This document shows positions 54,581 through 63,551 of a DNA stretch of 64,000 nt, in pieces (within the stretch, counting starts at the first letter, position 1; each line of letters opens with the position of its first letter). The notes beneath the pieces were generated by a model. That model had not been told where the DNA came from and ran no database searches. It worked only from the letters and a program-made list of their open reading frames with translations. Both the position numbers and the translations under genes were made by a program. Origin of the DNA: an uncultured Nitrospinaceae bacterium (GTDB lineage Bacteria; UBA8248); contig CAXFSR010000016.1 in the NCBI GenBank assembly GCA_964005815.1, forward strand, positions 1-64,000, read 5' to 3'.

Positions 54581-55654
54581 TTAATTTTTATTTGCAATCC
54601 AACCACCACCATATAAAATATCGCCGTCGTAAAACACGGCTGCCTGTCCTGGGGAAATAGCTCCTAAAGAACTGGGATTTTCTGGCGTCACCTTAACGAC
54701 ATTATTAGACAAAGCAGAAACTAAACACATTGCAGGCTTTTGCTGATGGCGTACTTGAACAAGTAATTTATGCCCAGATTCCTTTATTGGAACAGACCAA
54801 TGAACATCTTCTACTCCAAAACTTTCCTCGTAAAGCTCTTCCCTATCTCCAACAACTAATGTGTGAGTATCGGGAATAATTTCAAGCACATACTTGGGCT
54901 CATTTCCTGTCACATCTAACCCTCTCCTTTGCCCGACTGTATAATTTCTAAAACCAGAATGTTCCCCGATTTTTTTTCCAGTCGAATCAACAATATGACC
55001 TGGAATATCTAATTCTCCCTCTTCTCTAAGAAACGTTCGATAGTCATCATTTGGAACAAAACAAATTTCCTGACTCTCATCTTTATCTGCATTTGGAAGG
55101 CCATAAGAATGAGCTATTTCTCGAGTTTGTTCTTTCGTTATATCGCATAAAGGAAACAAAGTATGACTCAGTTGTAATTGAGTCATCCCAAACAGAAAAT
55201 AGGTTTGGTCTTTAATCTTATCTACAGCACGACTAAGAGTATGTCTTCCCATGTGTTCGATACGTTTTGCATAATGCCCCGTGGCAAGAAAATCTGCTCC
55301 TAAACTAAATGCTCTTTGAGCAAGATAGTCAAATTTCACAACTTGATTACAACTAACACAAGGAACAGGTGTTCTTCCTAAGCTATATTCATTGATAAAT
55401 TTATCGATTACAGAAGTTCTAAAAGATTCTCTAACGTCCATTATATAAAAGGGTATATTCAGAACAGATGCTACAGAACGTGCATCAGCTAAATCTCTTG
55501 GAGCACAACAACCCCTGTGAGATGACTCCATATTGTGATGGTCAGCAAGACGAAGTCCTATTCCAATTACATCAAAATCTTTTTCAACTAAAAGTGCTGC
55601 TGCTACTGAACTATCAACCCCCCCACTCATTGCCACAACAACTTTTTGTTTCAT
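54581..55654 (-). CDS. mnmA: tRNA-specific 2-thiouridylase MnmA
   Basis: AMSGGVDSS, PCVSCN, ATGHY, KDQTYFL, ESQEICF, TVGQRRG and PGQAAVFY. ATG 55654. Confidence 0.97.
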   Translation of the reverse strand: MKQKVVVAMSGGVDSSVAAALLVEKDFDVIGIGLRLADHHNMESSHRGCCAPRDLADARSVASVLNIPFYIMDVRESFRTSVIDKFINEYSLGRTPVPCVSCNQVVKFDYLAQRAFSLGADFLATGHYAKRIEHMGRHTLSRAVDKIKDQTYFLFGMTQLQLSHTLFPLCDITKEQTREIAHSYGLPNADKDESQEICFVPNDDYRTFLREEGELDIPGHIVDSTGKKIGEHSGFRNYTVGQRRGLDVTGNEPKYVLEIIPDTHTLVVGDREELYEESFGVEDVHWSVPIKESGHKLLVQVRHQQKPAMCLVSALSNNVVKVTPENPSSLGAISPGQAAVFYDGDILYGGGWIANKN

Positions 55655-55760
55655 AAAAACACCATAATTTATCAAGGAACTATTTCTGCAATAAACAGAG
55701 TTTAGAATATAGCGGTTAAAGAATAACAGACATGTTAAAAAGTCTTAAAGAAAAACAATC

Positions 55761-57311
55761 CTAAGTTTTCTTATTTTTTTGTTTTTTCAAATTCCTGGCT
55801 AATGTGTACTTATTGACAGCGCTCAAAAAAGCCTTTGCCCCAGCTTCAATGGTATCGGGACTAGAACTATGTCCTGCTATCTGAAGATTTTCATCAAACT
55901 CAACTGTTATATAAACCTCGGCCATTGCATCTCGACCACGAGTAACTGAACTAACGTTAAAATCAACCAGTTTACAATCTATCCCAACTATTTTACTAAT
56001 CGCATTAATAACTGAGTCTACAGGACCATTCCCATGTCCTACATCAGATTCTATCTCATTTCCTACTTTTAATTTCACTGAAGCAGTAGCTGCAGGTTGA
56101 GTTGTAGTTGAAGAAGTAACTTGCATAAATTCTAGATAATAATAATTCTCTCCTTCCACTGAACGACTCTCCTGCAAAAGAGCAAGAAGATCTTCGTCAT
56201 AGACTTCTTTCTTTTTGTCAGCTAAATCTGTGAAATTAGGATAAATACTTGAAATTTGCTCTCTTCCTAACTTAAATCCTAATTGTTCGTATCTCTTTCT
56301 TAATCCTGCCCTTCCTGAATGTTTTCCTAAAACAAGTGTATTAGAAGGCCTACCAACAGACTTAGGAGTCATAATTTCATAAGTAATTGCTTTAGAAATC
56401 ACACCATGCTGATGAATTCCCGCCTCGTGTGCAAATGCATTCCTTCCAACTATAGCCTTATTAGGTTGTACCCTCACCCCAGTAGTTGAGGTAAGCAATC
56501 TACTAGTTGGGTATATTTCGCGGGTACGAATATTTGTCTGGAAATCCAAATGGTCTTTTCTAGTAGCAAGTGCCATTACTAATTCTTCAAGTGATGCATT
56601 CCCCGCTCTCTCTCCAATACCGTTTACCGTACATTCTACCTGTCTAACACCAGCTTCAATCGCAACAAGACTATTTGCAACAGCAAGACCTAGATCATCA
56701 TGACAGTGCGCACTAAAAACAACATTTTCATAATTAGGAATTTTCTCAAAAATATATTCCCAAAATTGTTTGAATTCACTAGGAACAATATAACCAACTG
56801 TATCCGGAAGATTAATGGTTGATGCTCCCTCCTCTATCGCAATCTTTACTGCCTCAACAAGAAAATCCCAATCAGAACGAGTTGCATCTTCTGCACTCCA
56901 TTCTATGTCACTACAAAGTTTTCTTGCAAAACTTACTGATTGTTGAATTTCCTTTAGCAACTCATTTCTTGTAATTTTTAATTTGTGCTTTAGATGTATA
57001 TCTGATGTAGCAATAAATGTGTGTATACGGGGCTTCTTTGCTTCTTTAACCGCATCCCAACATCTACTAATATCTCCTTTGTCAGAACGTGACAAACCTG
57101 CAACAATCGGTTTTTTCAGCGCTTTTGCTACAGCTCTAACAGATTCGAACTCATCATTAGAAGCAATAGGGAATCCAGCCTCCACTACATCAACTCCTAA
57201 TTTTTCTAACTGTAAAGCCATTTGTACCTTCTGAAAACTATCCATACTACAACCCGGAGATTGTTCACCATCCCTCAATGTAGTATCAAAAATACGAACA
57301 CCCCTGGGCAT
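55761..57311 (-). CDS. leuA: 2-isopropylmalate synthase with regulatory domain
   Basis: DTTLRDGEQ, EDATR, PDTVG, HCHDDLG, GERAGN, HEAGIHQ and G.GPVD. Start ATG 57311 (or 57350). Confidence 0.92.
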   Translation of the reverse strand: MPRGVRIFDTTLRDGEQSPGCSMDSFQKVQMALQLEKLGVDVVEAGFPIASNDEFESVRAVAKALKKPIVAGLSRSDKGDISRCWDAVKEAKKPRIHTFIATSDIHLKHKLKITRNELLKEIQQSVSFARKLCSDIEWSAEDATRSDWDFLVEAVKIAIEEGASTINLPDTVGYIVPSEFKQFWEYIFEKIPNYENVVFSAHCHDDLGLAVANSLVAIEAGVRQVECTVNGIGERAGNASLEELVMALATRKDHLDFQTNIRTREIYPTSRLLTSTTGVRVQPNKAIVGRNAFAHEAGIHQHGVISKAITYEIMTPKSVGRPSNTLVLGKHSGRAGLRKRYEQLGFKLGREQISSIYPNFTDLADKKKEVYDEDLLALLQESRSVEGENYYYLEFMQVTSSTTTQPAATASVKLKVGNEIESDVGHGNGPVDSVINAISKIVGIDCKLVDFNVSSVTRGRDAMAEVYITVEFDENLQIAGHSSSPDTIEAGAKAFLSAVNKYTLARNLKKQKNKKT

Positions 57312-57423
57312 ATTTTTCTTTCTCCGTTTCGCTTCAGAAGAACTAGACATCAAATCATCCAATAAAAAAAATTCAAAAATGAAAACTTATTTAGTCAAGC
57401 AAAATTAGCACGTACTTTAAAGT

Positions 57424-58185
57424 TTACAAGGAACTTTGTCCACCATCTATGACCAGAGTTGAACCAGTCATAAAACTTGATGCGTCACTAGCTAGAAAAA
57501 CAATCGCTCCAGAGAGTTCACTATCAACCCCAATTCTATTTAAAGGGATATGATTTTCTATCATTTTCTTTCCAGACTCTGTAGAAAAGTAATCCTTATT
57601 GATCTCAGTCAAAAAATATCCCGGAGCTAAGGCATTTATTCTAATTCCGTATTTTGCCCACTCCTGTGACAAAGTTTTCGTTAATTGGATTATACCACCT
57701 TTACTTGAAGAGTATGCCGCAAGTTTTTGGATCCCAATCATCCCTGCAACCGATGAAACATTCACAATTACCCCTTTTTTTCTTTTAATCATAGTTTTTC
57801 CAACTTCTCTACACATTAGGAAGGTTCCTCTCAAGTTTGTATTAATTACCGCATCCCAATCTTCAACTTTCTGCTCTACTGCCCATGAAGGTCCACTTAT
57901 TCCACTATTATTAATTAAAATATCAATATTTTTTTTCTTAGATTTAACTTCATCTAAACAATTCTTAATGCTAGTTTCGTCCTGAACATCTAAAGCTAAA
58001 GAAAATGAATTGCCTCCTTTTACTTTAATTTCTTCCACTACATTTTCCAATTTGTTTATTCTTCTGCCTGTAACTATAACTTCTGCACCAGCATCACATA
58101 GTGCTAGACTCATGGCGCGACCCAATCCACTTCCACCTCCAGTAACAAGTGCTACTTTTTTCTTAAGACTAAAAACCTCTAACAT
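57424..58185 (-). CDS. Short-chain dehydrogenase/reductase (KduD/gluconate-5-dehydrogenase-like)
   Basis: TGGGSGLG, NNSG, YSSSK, EWA..GIRINALAPGYF and TG..L.IDGG. Confidence 0.9.
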   Translation of the reverse strand: MLEVFSLKKKVALVTGGGSGLGRAMSLALCDAGAEVIVTGRRINKLENVVEEIKVKGGNSFSLALDVQDETSIKNCLDEVKSKKKNIDILINNSGISGPSWAVEQKVEDWDAVINTNLRGTFLMCREVGKTMIKRKKGVIVNVSSVAGMIGIQKLAAYSSSKGGIIQLTKTLSQEWAKYGIRINALAPGYFLTEINKDYFSTESGKKMIENHIPLNRIGVDSELSGAIVFLASDASSFMTGSTLVIDGGQSSL

Positions 58186-58206
58186 GTAAATTTCCTTGAA
58201 AAGATC

Positions 58207-58374
58207 ATATCAACAAAAATTGTGAAGAAACTGTGGATAAACATGTGTTACAGCTAAATAAACCCTGCAATTTCTGGCACTTAGAACAGTTTGCATAAGA
58301 TACAAGCATTAAGGTTAACTCTTTATAATTCAATAACTTAAACTAAATTTTCGCCTAATGAGCCCTGTGTTTAA
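58207..58374. promoter_or_regulatory. Cluster of DnaA-box-like sites with an IHF-like site
   Basis: Perfect TGTGGATAA at 58232-58240; near matches at 58221, 58244, 58290, 58366 and, in the opposite sense, 58207. ATTCAATAACTTA (58328-58340) is one mismatch from the IHF consensus WATCAANNNNTTR. Confidence 0.45.
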
Positions 58375-58435
58375 TGATTTACTCGTTTTTTTTAAACAAT
58401 TTGAAGAAAAAAAACCAGATTCTACGAAAAAAACT

Positions 58436-58981
58436 TCAGAAAAATAGTAAATTAGTGCGCCCGTATCTTCTAATTTCTTTTATTGAACTTGATATTTCTC
58501 TAGATAAATCACTGATTTTAAAATTTTTATCAAATTCAAAAACGAAGACCTTCCAAAAATCCTTTTCGCACAAAAGAAATTTAAGTATATCAAATGCAAG
58601 CTCTTTATCAGACCAAGGGGGATCAAAAAAAACGATATCAAATTTCTTGAGACTCATAACCAAATCTCTTAATATTTGTCTCGCATCTCCTTGTAAAACT
58701 TCGATTCTTTTTTCTAAACCCAGATCCACCGAAACTTTTTCTATATTTTCACAACAATCTTTATCGTTATCAATTGCAACAACTCGTACTGCACGCCTAC
58801 TTAATGCTTCAAAAGAGATTGCACCACTACCAGAACAAATATCAAGGAATGACACATCATCCAAATTCTGACCAAGAATATCGAACAATGCTTCTCTAAC
58901 TCTTTCTGACGTTGGCCTAACATTATTTTTACTAGTTAAATGTAGTCGCCTTCCTTTAACTAATCCTCCGACTATACGCAT
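58436..58981 (-). CDS. rsmD: 16S rRNA m2G966 methyltransferase RsmD
   Basis: MRIVGG..KGR, RPTSERVREALF, D..SGSG...EALSR and FDPPW. Confidence 0.93.
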   Translation of the reverse strand: MRIVGGLVKGRRLHLTSKNNVRPTSERVREALFDILGQNLDDVSFLDICSGSGAISFEALSRRAVRVVAIDNDKDCCENIEKVSVDLGLEKRIEVLQGDARQILRDLVMSLKKFDIVFFDPPWSDKELAFDILKFLLCEKDFWKVFVFEFDKNFKISDLSREISSSIKEIRRYGRTNLLFF

Positions 58982-59893
58982 CTAGACTTGAACCTTGTCG
59001 TAATGCAAAAGACTCGAAAATTCTTCATATCTTCTAGAAATTTCAACTTTTTCGAGGGATTTTAAACGGTCAAAGCTTAGCGATTGAACATTAAAAGATG
59101 CCATGACACTGCCATAAATAACTGCATTCCTAAGGTTATTGGGACTTATTCCTTTTAGAGTCAAGAAACCCATAAAACCGCCAGCAAAAGTATCACCCGC
59201 ACCCGTCGGATCAATAACGTTTTTAATAGGAAATGCAGGAACCGCAAAAATTTCTTCCTCATGAAAAAGGATAGCACCAAATTCTCCACGTTTTACTACT
59301 AAAGTACTTGGACCTAAATCTCTGACTTTTTTCGCAGCATTCAAAAGATTTTTATCTTTAGCAAGAGAACACAATTCTGCATCATTTATAATTAAGATAT
59401 CGATCAAATTAACAATATTCATCAAAGAATCGTTTTTCCCTTCAATCCAAAAATTCATTGTATCGCAGGCTACAAGTTTAGGTGAATCAATTTGATTTAA
59501 AACAGAAATTTGAAGATCTGGATCAATATTTGCCAAAAATAGATAATCAACATCTTTAAGAAATCTAGGTATTTCAGGATTAAAATTTTCAAAAACATTA
59601 AGTTGAGTGTCTAAAGTATGGGCAATATTCATGTCTTCATGATATTCACCTTTCCATCGAAAAGTTTTTCCATCTGTTTTTTCTACCCCCGACAAATCTA
59701 TATCTCTTGACTGAAGAAATTCTAACTCTGCTTGAGGAAAATCTTCTCCTATTACCGCAACCAAACTAACCTTAGTAAAGAAACTCGCAGCAATAGAAAA
59801 ATAAGTTGCAGAACCTCCTATTGATTCGTCTCTTTCTCCAAACGGTGTTTTAACAGAATCGATAGCCATAGAACCAACAGCTAAAAGCGTCAC
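58982..59893 (-). CDS. PfkB/ribokinase-family kinase
   Basis: GGSA, D.MN.WI, IND.E, VKRGE.G and DPTGAGDTFAGG; GTG start. Confidence 0.92.
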   Translation of the reverse strand: MTLLAVGSMAIDSVKTPFGERDESIGGSATYFSIAASFFTKVSLVAVIGEDFPQAELEFLQSRDIDLSGVEKTDGKTFRWKGEYHEDMNIAHTLDTQLNVFENFNPEIPRFLKDVDYLFLANIDPDLQISVLNQIDSPKLVACDTMNFWIEGKNDSLMNIVNLIDILIINDAELCSLAKDKNLLNAAKKVRDLGPSTLVVKRGEFGAILFHEEEIFAVPAFPIKNVIDPTGAGDTFAGGFMGFLTLKGISPNNLRNAVIYGSVMASFNVQSLSFDRLKSLEKVEISRRYEEFSSLLHYDKVQV

Positions 59894-59972
59894 ATTATCT
59901 CCAATAGATTTAGAAAAATTTATACAAAAGAAGTATCAAAGAAACAAAAAAAAATGAAACAATTAAATATTT

Positions 59973-59981
59973 TGCTATAAT
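59973..59981 (+). promoter_or_regulatory. Extended -10 promoter element for the 2-oxoacid dehydrogenase operon
   Basis: TGcTATAAT about 75 nt upstream of the E1-alpha start. Confidence 0.5.
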
Positions 59982-60056
59982 TAAATAAATTTATAAGATC
60001 TTACACAAAAAGTTTTAACGTTTACATTCCTTTCAGTCTATTAATTCAGGTTGGAT

Positions 60057-61169
60057 ATGGACCATCAAGAAATATACAAAAAAAAACGCAGTGCACGACC
60101 GAGTGATTTTTCAGATCTGGATTTTTTCAAAGACTTAGAGAACCATTTCCTTGAAATAAAAGAACTCGAAATGTCTTGGATTGAATTTGAAACTCCAAAA
60201 TTAATTCCGAACAAAGAAAAGGCAATGAGATTACATTCTTTAATTACACTCACAAGAGCGATTGAAGAAGAGTTAGACTCTGCTTTTCGAGCCGGACATA
60301 TTCCAGGAACTGCCTTCTTCGGAAGAGGAAATGAAGGCGCCAGTGTAGGCAGTGCGTTTTGTTTACAAGACGAAGAATGGTTGGTACCTATGCATAGAAA
60401 TTGCGGCTCACACATTGCTAAAGGACACCCTCCCGAAAGTATCATGGCACATTTCTTCGGAAGAAAAGATGGCCCTTCAGAAGGAAGAGATGGAAATTTT
60501 CATATGGGCTACAGACCAAAGAATATCACACAATTGATTAGTCATATAGGAACAACGGTTCCAATAGCAACAGGATTAGCATGGGCCGAAAAGTATAGAA
60601 AAACAAACCGAGCAGTACTGACTCATATTGGAGAAGGAGGAACTAGCTCCGGCGATTTTCATGAAGGAATTAATTTCGCATCAGTTCAAAAACTCCCACT
60701 TGTCATAATCATAGACAACAACCAGTATGCATACAAAACTTTGCTCGAAAAACAATATGCATGCAAATCACTTATACTGAAATCAACTGGTTACGGAATT
60801 CCTGGTTATTTAATCGATGGAACAAATATGATTCTCGTAAATTATATTTGTGAAATTGCATTAGAAATGGCAAGAAAAGGGGAAGGACCAATTCTAATAG
60901 AAAGTATAACAATGCGTGCCTCAGGACACTCAGTTTATGATAAATTTTCTGATTATGTAGATATGGAAGATATGAATTTATGGTTAGAAAAAAGAGATCC
61001 CATCAAAAGATACGAACAATTCTTAATAAATTCAGGAATAGTTACTGAAAAGGAAATTGAAGATTCTCATTTCAAGGCAAAGGAGAAAGCTGCACTTTCA
61101 AGAGACATTGCATTAAAGAGCCCTTTCCCAAAACCAGAAGAGATGGAAAATGAGATCTTTGCTGACTAA
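60057..61169 (+). CDS. 2-oxoacid dehydrogenase E1 alpha subunit (TPP-dependent, branched-chain-like)
   Basis: TPP motif GEGGTSSGDFHEG.NFA...LP....NN.YA, R..GHS..D and RDPI. Start ATG 60057 or TTG 60051. Confidence 0.92.
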   Translation: MDHQEIYKKKRSARPSDFSDLDFFKDLENHFLEIKELEMSWIEFETPKLIPNKEKAMRLHSLITLTRAIEEELDSAFRAGHIPGTAFFGRGNEGASVGSAFCLQDEEWLVPMHRNCGSHIAKGHPPESIMAHFFGRKDGPSEGRDGNFHMGYRPKNITQLISHIGTTVPIATGLAWAEKYRKTNRAVLTHIGEGGTSSGDFHEGINFASVQKLPLVIIIDNNQYAYKTLLEKQYACKSLILKSTGYGIPGYLIDGTNMILVNYICEIALEMARKGEGPILIESITMRASGHSVYDKFSDYVDMEDMNLWLEKRDPIKRYEQFLINSGIVTEKEIEDSHFKAKEKAALSRDIALKSPFPKPEEMENEIFAD

Positions 61170-61171
61170 AT

Positions 61172-62170
61172 ATGAAAAACAAAACTTATAGCGACGCAAT
61201 ACGTGAAGCACTATGGGAAGAAATGGAACGTGATGAGAATGTATATCTGATCGGAGAAGATATAGGTTTGGGTGGAGGTGCATTTTACATCACAAAAGGG
61301 TTCCAAGAAAGATTTGGTGATTTAAGAGTAGTAGATACCCCTTTAAGTGAAGCTGGATTTACGGGTTCTGCAATTGGTTCTTCTTTAGCGGGATTAAGAC
61401 CGGTAGTTGAATTTCAATTTGCAGACTTTGTAACAGAATCGTTTAAAATGATCGTTGACTTTGCTGCTGGAAATTTTTTCCGAAAAATGGGAGAGGTTCC
61501 GATCGTTTTCAGACTCCCCGCGGGGGCTCTAACAAGTGCAGGACCATTTCATAGCCAAAATCCGGAAATATGGTTTTTTGGAACACCCGGAATCAAGATA
61601 GTTGCGCCATCAAATTCCTATGATGCAAAAGGTCTTATGAAATCTGCAATTCGTGATAACAATCCAGTCATTTTTATAGAATATAAAAAATTTTACAACT
61701 ATCCAATTTCAGATTTACCGACACCCCTTAGAATCGAAATCCCAGAAGAAGATTATGAAGTTCCAATTGGCAAAGCAAGAATTCTAGTAGAAGGAGAAGA
61801 TCTTTCATTAATTACTTTTGGGACAACCGTTTTGCAAGCTCTCCAGGCAGCCAAACAAATTTCTCAAGAAGGAGCCAGCGTAGAGGTAATAGATCTCCGC
61901 ACAATTATACCTTTCGATAAGGAAACTATTATTAATTCTGTGAAAAAAACAGGGAAAATACTTTTTCTACATGAGGCGAGAAAACAAGGAGGAATCTCTG
62001 GAGAACTTTCATCCCTCATCACAGAAGAAGCTTTCGAATACCTAGACGCTCCTCCAGTAAGAATTGGTGCAATTAACACACCAGTACCTTTAAGTCCTCC
62101 ACTGGAAAAAGCTTACTTACCTAATACACAAGATATATTAATTGCATTAAGGGACTTATTAGAATATTAA
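61172..62170 (+). CDS. 2-oxoacid dehydrogenase E1 beta subunit
   Basis: GEDIG..GG.F, DTPLSE, EFQFADF, GPFHSQ, DAKGL, IDLRT and LDAP. Confidence 0.94.
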   Translation: MKNKTYSDAIREALWEEMERDENVYLIGEDIGLGGGAFYITKGFQERFGDLRVVDTPLSEAGFTGSAIGSSLAGLRPVVEFQFADFVTESFKMIVDFAAGNFFRKMGEVPIVFRLPAGALTSAGPFHSQNPEIWFFGTPGIKIVAPSNSYDAKGLMKSAIRDNNPVIFIEYKKFYNYPISDLPTPLRIEIPEEDYEVPIGKARILVEGEDLSLITFGTTVLQALQAAKQISQEGASVEVIDLRTIIPFDKETIINSVKKTGKILFLHEARKQGGISGELSSLITEEAFEYLDAPPVRIGAINTPVPLSPPLEKAYLPNTQDILIALRDLLEY

Positions 62171-62194
62171 AAGATATAAGGAGATTGATTTTTA

Positions 62195-63550
62195 ATGTTC
62201 GAAGAAAAAATTGAAATGCCAAGAATGGGAACGAGTGTTCACGAAAGTACGATCCTTGCATGGAAGAAAAATGAAGGCGATAAAGTATACAAAGGCGAAC
62301 CGATTCTTTCAGCGGAAAGTGACAAAATTGAATTTGAAATAGAAAGTACTGTAGATGGAGTATTGAAAACTATCTTAGCAGAATCAAATTCCGTTGTACC
62401 TGTCGGAAGCATCCTAGGAATAATTGTTTCAGAGAATCCGCCAGAAAGAAAAATACCTGAAATTGACAATTCAAATCGAGAGGCTTTACCCAAAAATAAC
62501 GAACAAATTTGGGCTGCTCCCGTTGCACCCTTAGATTTAGAAAACGAAGGGGTTATTTCAACCAATAGTATTAAAAATCCATATAAAGAACCTTCAAAAA
62601 TTTCGCATTTAAATTTTCTGAGCCCAAAAGTCAGAAAACTTATTGCTCAACACAAAATAAGCGATGCTGAACTATCTGAAATAGTTGGCACCGGATCTAA
62701 TGGAAGAATTTCATCAAAAGATATTCTTGATTTTGTAAATCAAAGTAAGAACGTCCAAAATTCTGTGAGATACGAAGACCTATATGTTAGTGAAAAGAAT
62801 TTAGTGGATATAAATTTTAGTCCGATCGAAATAGAGAGTCAAAAAAAAGAAGTATATGAAGAATTAAGCGTCAGGCGAAAGAAGATAGCAGAGAATCTCT
62901 TGTTGTCTTCTACAACTATTCCACAAGTAACTCTATTTATGGATGTAGACATGAGCAGGATTGCTTCTTGGAGAGAAACTAACAAGAAAGATTTTAAAAT
63001 TAGACATAATCTAAATCTTAGTTATACAACGATAATTTCAATTGGAATCATCTCAGCTATTCGAATCTCAATCTATAAAACCTTCAACGCCATTTTCAGA
63101 GGAACAAAATTGGAAATCAAAAGATACGTAAACTTAGGGATTGCAACAGACACAAAAAATGGTTTAATTGTTCCAGTTATTAAGAATGCGGATAGCCTCT
63201 CTTTCATTGAACTATCTCAAAAGATAGAAGACATTACAAAAAGAGCAAAAACAAATTCATTAGATCCCGGTGAAACTAACGATGCTACTATCACTCTCAC
63301 AAATTTTGGACATACAGGTGCCTTATCTGGAAGCCCACTAATTAATCCACCCCAAGTTTCTATAATAGGAACAGGGAAAATAGATACTAAAGTAGTAACG
63401 ATTAACGAAACAGAAATTACTATCAGACCAATTATGAATCTTGCATTAACGTTTGATCATAGGATTAACGATGGCGCTATTGCAGGAAAATTTGCTACAA
63501 CTATAAAAAATAATATTGAACGAATGAACCTAAAACAACTGGAGTTTTAA
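62195..63550 (+). CDS. Dihydrolipoamide acyltransferase E2 with one lipoyl domain
   Basis: MP.MG...ESDK lipoyl domain, SP.VRKL...GTG.NGRI..KD E1/E3-binding domain, P.INPPQ and DHR..DG. Confidence 0.94.
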   Translation: MFEEKIEMPRMGTSVHESTILAWKKNEGDKVYKGEPILSAESDKIEFEIESTVDGVLKTILAESNSVVPVGSILGIIVSENPPERKIPEIDNSNREALPKNNEQIWAAPVAPLDLENEGVISTNSIKNPYKEPSKISHLNFLSPKVRKLIAQHKISDAELSEIVGTGSNGRISSKDILDFVNQSKNVQNSVRYEDLYVSEKNLVDINFSPIEIESQKKEVYEELSVRRKKIAENLLLSSTTIPQVTLFMDVDMSRIASWRETNKKDFKIRHNLNLSYTTIISIGIISAIRISIYKTFNAIFRGTKLEIKRYVNLGIATDTKNGLIVPVIKNADSLSFIELSQKIEDITKRAKTNSLDPGETNDATITLTNFGHTGALSGSPLINPPQVSIIGTGKIDTKVVTINETEITIRPIMNLALTFDHRINDGAIAGKFATTIKNNIERMNLKQLEF

Positions 63551-63551
63551 A

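Noticed and set aside
58288..58315. Possible dif site (AGTTTGCATAA-GATACA-...)
   Set aside because: The left arm resembles a XerC arm, but the right arm does not match the XerD arm TTATGTTAAAT.
58374..58871. 165-aa plus-strand ORF, and the many other 60-180-aa ORFs antisense to or nested in called genes (e.g. 6018-6551, 34136-34651, 47080-47535, 63659-63952)
   Set aside because: These are shadow frames of well-supported genes, with S/I/L/F-rich composition and no recognisable motifs.
58436..59893. pfkB TAG directly followed in frame by the rsmD ATG (possible read-through fusion; likewise xerC/hslV and yqaA/manC)
   Set aside because: Each downstream gene has its own start codon and normal length, so this is ordinary translational coupling.
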